From assembly GCA_964016885.1 (NCBI GenBank), contig CAXHJY010001472.1:186001-250000 (forward strand): DNA of 64,000 nucleotides. The letters run 5' to 3'. Position numbers and translations under genes: made by a program. The notes below the pieces were generated by a model. That model did no database searches. It was not told where the DNA came from and saw nothing but the letters and a program-made list of their open reading frames with translations. The stretch is from Eledone cirrhosa. Its lineage: Eukaryota. Shown one piece after another: positions 1 through 9,458 of the stretch; positions within the stretch are counted from its first letter, which is position 1; each line of letters opens with the position of its first letter.

Positions 1-133
1 CCAACTCTGAAGTTTTGGATTGCGTTTGGAGGTTGGGAGCGGTGGGGAGCGGGGATGGGGTTAGGGTTAGCCATCCGCGGCCGAAACAAAGAGGAGGAGC
101 CCTTGCATTCTCGTCCATGAGGTGGATTTGTCT
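1..133 (-). mobile_element. 5' part of bipartite RTE-derived element (cut by window start)
   Basis: Same as 5913-6045 apart from one SNP. Minus strand reads [24 protein letters not shown], leading into the APE domain. Confidence 0.7.
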
Positions 134-134
134 T

Positions 135-624
135 TATGTATGTATATGTATATATGTATGTATGTGTGTGTATGTATGTATATGTATATATGAGTGTATA
201 TGTGTATATGTATGTATATGTATGTGTATGTATGTGTATATATGTGTATATGTATGTGTTTGTATATATGTGTGTGTATGTATATATGTGTGTGTACGTA
301 TATATATATATGTATGTATGTGTATATGTATGTATATGTATGTATGTGTATGTATATGTGTGTATGTATGTGTATATATGTATGTATGTATATGTATATA
401 TACGTGTGTATATGTATATATACTTATGTGTATATGCTTATGTATGTGTATGTATGTATATTTATATTATGTATATATATATATCTATGTATGTGTATGT
501 ATGTATATATATGTATGTATATGTGTATGTATGTGTATGTATGTATGTATGTGTATATATGTATGTATGTATATATATATGTATGTATATGTATATGTAT
601 GTGTATGTATATGTATATGTATAT
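135..624. repeat. Compound (TATG/TA/TG)n microsatellite, present in every short unit with variable length
   Basis: Directly visible. It produces the spurious YVCM/IHTY ORFs. Confidence 0.97.
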
Positions 625-978
625 GGAGGCACATGGCTTAGTGGTTCGAGCATTGGCCTGGCAATCGAAAGGTTGTGAGTTCAATTCTCAGACCGGGTGA
701 TGTGTTGTTTCCTTGAGCAAGACACTTTATTTCACATTGCTCCAGTTTACTCAGCTGTAGAAATGAGATGATAGGGACTGGGGTCCATATCATTCCACTG
801 CAAAGTGGTCGTGGAGGTGCCACGGCAAAAAAGCACTCAGCACTCACTGTAAATGAGGTTGGTGTTAGGAAGGGCATCCAGCTGTAGAAATCAAGCCAGA
901 ATCAGTTCCCGTCCCACATTTGCAAGCAGGGAAAAAGCGGACTTAAAACGAAATGATGATGATGATGATGATGATGAT
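625..978 (+). mobile_element. tRNA-derived CORE-type SINE with RTE-like 3' tail and (GAT)n end
   Basis: A box tggcttagtgg, B box gagttcaattc, MIR/CORE-like ccttgagcaagacactt...cagtttactcagctgtagaaatgag. Tail ggttggtgttaggaagggcatccagctgtagaaa is shared with the RTE at 42563-44490. Confidence 0.85.
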
Positions 979-1030
979 GTATGTATGTATGTGTATATGT
1001 ATGTATGTATGTATATGTATGTATGTGTAT

Positions 1031-1166
1031 GAGATGCAGTTTGGTTTTGTGCCGCTGAAAAGTGCAACAGATGCCCTCTTCTTAGTGAGACAACTACAAA
1101 AGAGGTTCTTAGAGAAAAATAAGCCACTATACTTAGCTTTGGACATAGAGAAGGCTTTTGATAGAG
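1031..1166 (+). pseudogene. Short RTE-LINE reverse transcriptase fragment (one per unit; 5'-clipped at 46438 and 56244)
   Basis: EMQFGFVPLKSATDALFLVRQLQKRFLEKNKPLYLALDIEKAFDR aligns by eye with the RT in ORF 43352-44608. Confidence 0.9.
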
Positions 1167-1254
1167 AACTCTTATAAATGACAACATATATATATGTGTG
1201 TGTATATATATGTTTTTTTTAAAACTATATATTTATTACTCCCTTAAGCAGAAG

Positions 1255-1550
1255 AAATATATTCCCAGATATCGAAGATTACCACAATAACTAGGGAGCG
1301 GAAATCAATAGATGCTGGACATTGCTGCTGAGGGTAGGATGACCTGATGAGCTGGCTCCTGTGGTTGATACCTAAACATAGTAAGAGCCAAGTGGGATGA
1401 CTGAGGTTCACCTACATACATCAGATGTCTCTGGATCTCCAGCTGGAGATTAATGATCTCAGGAATGCCATGAAAAATCGTGACATCTAAAAAAGAAGAG
1501 TAGAATTGTTCTGGCCAATCCACCTGACCTAATAAACAATAATAATATTA
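1255..1550 (+). pseudogene. Decayed 3' end of an RTE-type LINE ORF with (AAT)-rich tail (one per unit)
   Basis: Manual translation across stops and frameshifts gives KITTITRERKSIDAGHC..DLMSWLLWLIPKHSKSQVG*LRFTYIHQMSLDLQLEINDLRNAMKNRDI*KRRV. This resembles the RTE C-terminal AGHC..W.P...G....TY.....L..AM.DR..W pattern. Confidence 0.7.
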
Positions 1551-1631
1551 ATATATATTGATGAAAATTAATTATGGTGAAATATCTTAGAAATCATTCT
1601 CAGAGGTTTTGTATTGTAATCCACACTTGCT

Positions 1632-3598
1632 CCTTGTGGCTTCTGATGCAGACATCATGTCCGCCATCAGGTCCTTCCCAGCTAGCAGCTGCGGAGATGT
1701 TGATGGTCTCTGACCAGGCCTCCTCAAGGAGTTGATATCTCCCCTCTCCGCTGAGGCCGGGCGCCGCCTTCTGAGTGCAATTGTGGCGCTCACCAATAGG
1801 CTCATCCATGGCGCCCTGGACTCTTATGCTCGAGGCCTCTTTTTTTCGGCCAGCCTCACCGCTCTCAGGAAGAAAGAGGATGGCATACGCCCCATTGCTG
1901 TGGGCAATGTCTTCCGGAGGCTGGCTGCCAAGGTAATCTGCAAGTCCGTAACACTCGGAACCGGCATCCAGGGCCTCCAGCCACCTCATTGTCAAGTTTG
2001 ACATGAGGAATGCCTTCAACTCTTTACGCTGGGATCATCTGCTCGAGGCCTGCCTCAGCCGAGCCCCCTCTGCCTACCTGTCATATGGAGCCCCAAGCAT
2101 GCGCCATGCTGCTGATACGGTCATACCCTTGGCTACTGGGATCCAACAGGGCAACCCTTTGGGACCCCTCCTGTTCACCCTTGGTATTGACCACATCGCC
2201 TGGAGTATAACGGCCCCTCTCAACGTTTGGTATCTGGATGATGCTACTTTGGGTGGGCCCGTACAGGCGGTCTGCCATGACCTTCAATCGGTGGTTCCTG
2301 CCCTGGCGGGAATCGACCTCCAGGTCAACTCAGCCAAGTCGGAGGTGGTGAATGTCAGCCTCGATGCTGCAAGCTTTGCAGTCTCCGTCTTGGACGTGCG
2401 GTCCATTCTCCGCCAGGTTCAGGTGACCCCCCAAAGAGGATGCCCTCACCGATCCACCCGCCGGCCATCCGCTCCTCCATCAAGTCCAGACTCTCACGAG
2501 CCGACTGGGCTTGATTGATGGCCACCCAGTTCTCTTTCTGCTGAGGAACTGCTACGCCATGCCGAAGCTCCTCTATACACTCTGTGCTACACCTAAACTT
2601 GTATCCGAGCAGCAGCCGATGAGATATGCAACTTTACCTGTCAGGTATGGCGGCCTTCGCCTCCAGTCCCCGATCTCACTAGCTTTGCCGGCATATCTTT
2701 CGTCGGTAACCTCGTACCACGTCCTCTTCAGCAGGGTTCTTCAAAACACAACAGAACCCTCTGTGTTCAGAGAACGCGTGGCCGCCTGTGAGACGTGGGA
2801 CCGGCTGGGACTTAGCCCAGTAGACGTTCCTCCTCCTTCTCCCCCTGTTGACGTCAAGTCCCCCCCAACACACTTGGGATGCCATCCAGTGCAGCCTGGC
2901 CTCAGACAGGCTCACGTGCCAGCTCGACCAGCACCGCCTTGTTTGTTTTCGTGCAGCCTCCAAACCCCACAGTGGGGCCTGGCTCCATGCCCTGCCCTCC
3001 TTCTCCACTCGCACGCAGCTAGACAACAATAGCTTGCGCATCGGCGTTTCCCTGAGGCTCGGCCTCACACCAATGTCGCTGCCGTTCCACCATGGACTCT
3101 TTCGGCCTCCACCCGCAATCCACGCCATGCTGCCCTCAACGAAGTCATTAAGCATGGCTTGGACGCTGCAGGCTTCCCTTCCCAGCTCGAGGGGACGGCA
3201 AAAGGCTAGATGGCATGACCATCTTCCCGTTCCGCGGTGGCAAACCCCTCGTCTGGGATGCCACTTGCACCGACACTTTCTGCAGCCGCAACCTGGTGCA
3301 GTCTGCGACTGGCCCAGGTTCTGCTGCACGTCAGGCTGAGGGGGCCAAACTCCTCACATATCGTTCACTCTCCGACAGGTTTGCGGTCGTACCCCTGGAA
3401 GTGGAGACTTCTGGTGTCCTCGGCCCCAGGGCTACCTCCTTACTCACCACCATAGGCGCTGAGCTGGCCAGCCGCAGGTGTGAGCCCCGCGAGTTGGAGT
3501 GGCTTTTCCAGCGCGTCTCCCTTGCCGTGCTCCGGGGAAACGCCTTCTCCATTCTGTCCGCCGGGGCTGTGGGTGGGTCCCATCGCGTACCGTTATGA
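1632..3598 (+). mobile_element. CRE-clade non-LTR retrotransposon, 5'-truncated and frameshifted (copy 1, type A)
   Basis: RT motifs AIRSFPASS..DGL, GIRPIAVGNVFRRLAAK, KFDMRNAFNS, GIQQGNPLGPLLF, WYLDD, ATLPVRYGGL, SGAWL. REL endonuclease motifs RHAALNEVI, KRLDG, LVWDATCTDT, AEGAK, VETSG. Contains stops, frameshifts and internal deletions. Confidence 0.88.
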
Positions 3599-4242
3599 AT
3601 GTATACAAAACAACTAAATCTCTTAAATAACTTCACTTATATCCAAAACATGATTTGTATATACATCAACAGTGACTCATTATTATACGCCAGTCACGAC
3701 CCCACTGCAAAAACGATATCTATATAACAACCCCACCGTAAAACTACTCTTCCCCACTTTACAAACACTTTATATTATTTGTCATTAAGGTTTCTTAAAA
3801 TAAATATATATACGTATGTGTAGTAATTAGTACGGAGACTGAGAGAGAAGGGGCGAGTGTGTCTTCATGGAGGGCACATGGGACCAGCAAAGCCCTAAAA
3901 GTAGAGACCAGTAAATGAGATAAGGTCCTAGCTATGTTAAGAATATAAATAAGAAACATGTTCTATACATTTAAGAAGACAAGAGAAACATGTTCTAAAC
4001 ATTTAAGAAATAATTATTTACCTCTTTCATGTCGGTAATATAGCGGTGTTATAAAACTAATTATAACGACCGGTGTTAAAATAGAGAGAGATAGACAGAT
4101 AAATGTGTGTCACACTCTCACCCTCTCTTTAAATCTTTTACACTATCTAACTCGTACTTCTCACACTCTCTTTAAATCTTTTACTCTATCTACCTCTCAT
4201 TTCTATCTGTGTATGTATGTATGTATCTGTCTATGTGTAACT

Positions 4243-4290
4243 CGGTGTACTGGAGCAATATGAAGTGAAGTGTCTTGCTCAAGAAGACAT
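4243..4290 (-). mobile_element. Inverted fragment of the SINE CORE domain (one per complete unit)
   Basis: Reverse complement cttgagcaagacacttcacttcatattgctccagt matches about 712-746. Confidence 0.75.
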
Positions 4291-4593
4291 TTTGTGGAGT
4301 TATATCATCGTTTCTTGTTATAAAGCTACTTATACTACCGGCGTAACAGTGGCTATAGGTGATAGATGTAGAAATAAAAGGCTGTAACAGCGATATAAAT
4401 ATAGATGAAATAGTTTACCACGAGACTAAGAATGAATGTTTAATGGAATTAAGTGTAATCTAATAGGAAATAAGAGGCTAGAGCAGCGAAATGTTTACGT
4501 AAAATAAAAGAACAACAAACAAGAGTGCAACATTGAAATTTTTTTTTTTTTTTTGTCGATATAAGCGTTATTTTATGCGCGATTTGCCTTGCT

Positions 4594-4706
4594 GCCGGCG
4601 CTGCTCAGTCAGTAGCAGCCCCGCTTACGAACTTCAGGAGCCAACGACTTTACATGGTTCGAATCTCACCCTCTCCGCTCTTGTCGAGTTATCTCCTACT
4701 CTTTTT
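4594..4706 (+). ncRNA. Candidate Pol III small RNA gene (tRNA-like or vault-like promoter layout), copy 1
   Basis: TATAAG at 4560, A-box-like GCTCAGTCAGTAG, B box GGTTCGAATC at 4656-4665, TTTTT at 4702-4706. 5' hairpin GCTGCT/AGCAGC. No cloverleaf. Confidence 0.45.
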
Positions 4707-4752
4707 ACTTAGTTCCAGGTCATTAAAATAGAGCAAAGAGGGCGCGGCGATC

Positions 4753-4929
4753 GGCATATGCACTGGCTACAATGTTGAACTTTGGTACTGACTGCGTAGT
4801 TGAACGTTCCACATACCAACCGCCCAACTGGCCAGTCAACCGCATATGCGGCTGGCTGGCCGGTTGGGTAGTTGGCATATGTACTGGCTACCATGCTGAA
4901 CATTGTACTGACTGTCAAGTTGAACGTTC
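4753..4929. repeat. 60-bp palindrome (4816-4875) between ~57-bp imperfect direct repeats (4753-4809, 4874-4929)
   Basis: Arms ccaaccgcccaactggccagtcaaccgcat / atgcggctggctggccggttgggtagttgg. The palindrome also starts at about 10676, 16585, 22442, 28432, 34420, 40428, 50202 and 59997. Confidence 0.9.
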
Positions 4930-5373
4930 TAACCCTCTCTTTACATCTATTACTCTATCTACCGCTTATTTCTCCCCCTCTCTTTACTTCTATAACTCTA
5001 TCTCCCACTCTCTTTACATCTATTACAGTGTCTCCCTGTATATATACACGTATATATGCACTAGATTTTATAAGAAATCTACGTAATAATATAATTAACA
5101 ATAGTTGATGAATTAGACCAGAGTTAATTAAACAATAAATATGAATGAAATAGCAGTAGATGGCGAAACTTGAGTGTTGTGTGTGCATACATATATATGA
5201 GGTAAACTGGTTCAAATACTGTCAGGATTATATTGGATCAAAGACTGTATTAAATAGAAAGTAAAAAATGAAGTGAAAATATAAAAACAAACTGAAAATT
5301 TCCCCATCCCTAGAAAAATTCATATCTTGTTATATATAGATAATTGGCGCTTTAAATTGAATAAATATTCATT

Positions 5374-5447
5374 TATATATATATATATATGTATATATAT
5401 ATGTACACTGATATATATGTGTGTATATATATATGTGTATATATATA

Positions 5448-5496
<49 letters not shown>
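5374..5496. repeat. (TA)n microsatellite, length-variable between units
   Basis: Directly visible. Confidence 0.95.
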
Positions 5497-5498
<2 letters not shown>

Positions 5499-6045
5499 AC
5501 TTCATCATACGTCCGCTTTTCCATGCTTGCAAGGGTGGGGTGGGAGCTGATTCTGGATTGGTTTCTACAGCTGGGTGCCCTTCCTGACGCCAACCCCGTT
5601 TGCAGTGAGTGCTGGGTGCTTTTTTTTTTCCGTGGCACCTCCACGTCAGCTTTACAGTGTGGGCTGGGTGCTTTTTTGCCGCGGCGCCTCCACGACCACT
5701 TTGCGGTGGGGTGGTGGGGTGGTATGTGTATACCCAGCCCATTGTCATTTGCCACACAGAAAAGCTTATAGCATCGTTCTTTACCCACGATGAATCTAGC
5801 AGACCCACCCCTCCACCTGGTCTCTTGAATACAACAAACATCGACCTCCTTACGTTCAAGCATTTCTACAACCTCGTTAGAGCCACCCTATAAGGTGCCT
5901 ACATTAATGGTACCAACTCTGAAGTTTTGGATTGCGTTTGGAGGTTGGGAGCGGTGGGGAGCGGGGATGGGGTTAGGGTTAGCCATCCGCGGCCGAAACA
6001 AAGAGGAGGAGCCCTTGCATTCTCGTCCATGAGGTGGATTTGTCT
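5497..6045 (-). mobile_element. Bipartite non-autonomous RTE derivative (5' end and APE N-terminus fused to RTE 3' tail)
   Basis: [43 protein letters not shown] is an APE start. It joins near 5725 to a tail homologous to the SINE and LINE tails. Confidence 0.8.
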
Positions 6046-6484
6046 CTATGTATGTATATGTATATATGTATGTATGTGTGTGTATGTATGTATATGTATA
6101 TATGAGTGTATATGTGTATATGTATGTATATGTATGTGTATGTATGTGTATATATGTGTATATGTATGTGTTTGTATATATGTGTGTGTATGTATATATG
6201 TGTGTGTACGTATATATATATATGTATGTATGTGTATATGTATGTATATGTATGTATGTGTATGTATATGTGTGTATGTATGTATATATGTATGTATGTG
6301 TATATATGTATGTATGTATATGTATATATACGTGTGTATATGTATATATACTTATGTGTATATGCTTATGTATGTGTATGTATGTATATTTATATTATGT
6401 ATATATATATATCTATGTATGTGTATGTATGTATATATATGTATGTATATGTATGTGTATGTGTATGTATATGTATATGTATAT

Positions 6485-6838
6485 GGAGGCACATGGCTTA
6501 GTGGTTCGAGCATTGGCCTGGCAATCGAAAGGTTGTGAGTTCAATTCTCAGACCGGGTGATGTGTTGTTTCCTTGAGCAAGACACTTTATTTCACATTGC
6601 TCCAGTTTACTCAGCTGTAGAAATGAGATGATAGGGACTGGGGTCCATATCATTCCACTGCAAAGTGGTCGTGGAGGTGCCACGGCAAAAAAGCACTCAG
6701 CACTCACTGTAAATGAGGTTGGTGTTAGGAAGGGCATCCAGCTGTAGAAATCAAGCCAGAATCAGTTCCCGTCCCACATTTGCAAGCAGGGAAAAAGCGG
6801 ACTTAAAACGAAATGATGATGATGATGATGATGATGAT
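6485..6838 (+). mobile_element. CORE-type SINE, copy 2
   Basis: Matches 625-978. Confidence 0.85.
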
Positions 6839-7491
6839 GTATGTATGTATGTGTATATGTATGTATGTATGTATATGTATGTATGTGTATGAGATGCAGT
6901 TTGGTTTTGTGCCGCTGAAAAGTGCAACAGATGCCCTCTTCTTAGTGAGACAACTACAAAAGAGGTTCTTAGAGAAAAATAAGCCACTATACTTAGCTTT
7001 GGACATAGAGAAGGCTTTTGATAGAGAACTCTTATAAATGACAACATATATATATGTGTGTGTATATATATGTTTTTTTTAAAACTATATATTTATTACT
7101 CCCTTAAGCAGAAGAAATATATTCCCAGATATCGAAGATTACCACAATAACTAGGGAGCGGAAATCAATAGATGCTGGACATTGCTGCTGACGGTAGGAT
7201 GACCTGATGAGCTGGCTCCTGTGGTTGATACCTAAACATAGTAAGAGCCAAGTGGGATGACTGAGGTTCACCTACATACATCAGATGTCTCTGGATCTCC
7301 AGCTGGAGATTAATGATCTCAGGAATGCCATGAAAAATCGTGACATCTAAAAAAGAAGAGTAGAATTGTTCTGGCCAATCCACCTGACCTAATAAACAAT
7401 AATAATATTAATATATATTGATGAAAATTAATTATGGTGAAATATCTTAGAAATCATTCTCAGAGGTTTTGTATTGTAATCCACACTTGCT

Positions 7492-9458
7492 CCTTGTGGC
7501 TTCTGATGCAGACATCATGTCCGCCATCAGGTCCTTCCCAGCTAGCAGCTGCGGAGATGTTGATGGTCTCTGACCAGGCCTCCTCAAGGAGTTGATATCT
7601 CCCCTCTCCGCTGAGGCCGGGCGCCGCCTTCTGAGTGCAATTGTGGCGCTCACCAATAGGCTCATCCATGGCGCCCTGGACTCTTATGCTCGAGGCCTCT
7701 TTTTTTCGGCCAGCCTCACCGCTCTCAGGAAGAAAGAGGATGGCATACGCCCCATTGCTGTGGGCAATGTCTTCCGGAGGCTGGCTGCCAAGGTAATCTG
7801 CAAGTCCGTAACACTCGGAACCGGCATCCAGGGCCTCCAGCCACCTCATTGTCAAGTTTGACATGAGGAATGCCTTCAACTCTTTACGCTGGGATCATCT
7901 GCTCGAGGCCTGCCTCAGCCGAGCCCCCTCTGCCTACCTGTCATATGGAGCCCCAAGCATGCGCCATGCTGCTGATACGGTCATACCCTTGGCTACTGGG
8001 ATCCAACAGGGCAACCCTTTGGGACCCCTCCTGTTCACCCTTGGTATTGACCACATCGCCTGGAGTATAACGGCCCCTCTCAACGTTTGGTATCTGGATG
8101 ATGCTACTTTGGGTGGGCCCGTACAGGCGGTCTGCCATGACCTTCAATCGGTGGTTCCTGCCCTGGCGGGAATCGACCTCCAGGTCAACTCAGCCAAGTC
8201 GGAGGTGGTGAATGTCAGCCTCGATGCTGCAAGCTTTGCAGTCTCCGTCTTGGACGTGCGGTCCATTCTCCGCCAGGTTCAGGTGACCCCCCAAAGAGGA
8301 TGCCCTCACCGATCCACCCGCCGGCCATCCGCTCCTCCATCAAGTCCAGACTCTCACGAGCCGACTGGGCTTGATTGATGGCCACCCAGTTCTCTTTCTG
8401 CTGAGGAACTGCTACGCCATGCCGAAGCTCCTCTATACACTCTGTGCTACACCTAAACTTGTATCCGAGCAGCAGCCGATGAGATATGCAACTTTACCTG
8501 TCAGGTATGGCGGCCTTCGCCTCCAGTCCCCGATCTCACTAGCTTTGCCGGCATATCTTTCGTCGGTAACCTCGTACCACGTCCTCTTCAGCAGGGTTCT
8601 TCAAAACACAACAGAACCCTCTGTGTTCAGAGAACGCGTGGCCGCCTGTGAGACGTGGGACCGGCTGGGACTTAGCCCAGTAGACGTTCCTCCTCCTTCT
8701 CCCCCTGTTGACGTCAAGTCCCCCCCAACACACTTGGGATGCCATCCAGTGCAGCCTGGCCTCAGACAGGCTCACGTGCCAGCTCGACCAGCACCGCCTT
8801 GTTTGTTTTCGTGCAGCCTCCAAACCCCACAGTGGGGCCTGGCTCCATGCCCTGCCCTCCTTCTCCACTCGCACGCAGCTAGACAACAATAGCTTGCGCA
8901 TCGGCGTTTCCCTGAGGCTCGGCCTCACACCAATGTCGCTGCCGTTCCACCATGGACTCTTTCGGCCTCCACCCGCAATCCACGCCATGCTGCCCTCAAC
9001 GAAGTCATTAAGCATGGCTTGGACGCTGCAGGCTTCCCTTCCCAGCTCGAGGGGACGGCAAAAGGCTAGATGGCATGACCATCTTCCCGTTCCGCGGTGG
9101 CAAACCCCTCGTCTGGGATGCCACTTGCACCGACACTTTCTGCAGCCGCAACCTGGTGCAGTCTGCGACTGGCCCAGGTTCTGCTGCACGTCAGGCTGAG
9201 GGGGCCAAACTCCTCACATATCGTTCACTCTCCGACAGGTTTGCGGTCGTACCCCTGGAAGTGGAGACTTCTGGTGTCCTCGGCCCCAGGGCTACCTCCT
9301 TACTCACCACCATAGGCGCTGAGCTGGCCAGCCGCAGGTGTGAGCCCCGCGAGTTGGAGTGGCTTTTCCAGCGCGTCTCCCTTGCCGTGCTCCGGGGAAA
9401 CGCCTTCTCCATTCTGTCCGCCGGGGCTGTGGGTGGGTCCCATCGCGTACCGTTATGA
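7492..9458 (+). mobile_element. CRE-clade retrotransposon remnant, copy 2 (type A)
   Basis: Same ORF fragments as copy 1. Confidence 0.88.

Noticed and set aside
57-70. Telomeric TTAGGG repeat or telomere-targeted insertion
   Set aside because: Only about two units, inside the RTE 5' region and far from the CRE ends.
15-700. Long Y/V/C/M-rich ORFs, and the H/T/Y-rich ORFs at 45244-46072 and 55105-55913
   Set aside because: Translations of microsatellite and minisatellite DNA.
1341-1408. Box C/D snoRNA-like pattern (gacc-TGATGA...CTGA-ggtt) or hammerhead core CTGATGA
   Set aside because: It lies inside a translatable RTE C-terminal remnant. The would-be guide varies between copies and I recognise no rRNA complement. 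There is no GAAA or stem II for a hammerhead.
1305-1523. Minus-strand 72-aa ORF after a possible splice acceptor
   Set aside because: Antisense to the RTE remnant and broken by a TAG in units 5-8.
2679-3329. 216-aa minus-strand ORF and other overlapping ORFs in the CRE
   Set aside because: Antisense or off-frame by-products of GC-rich sequence; interrupted in type-B units.
4594-4677. Functional tRNA gene (apparent TTACGAA loop)
   Set aside because: Acceptor, anticodon and T stems do not base-pair.
1-5912. 5S, U1, U2, U6 or spliced-leader RNA gene as the array's core or CRE target
   Set aside because: I found none of the conserved signatures I know by eye; an Rfam scan is needed to exclude them fully.
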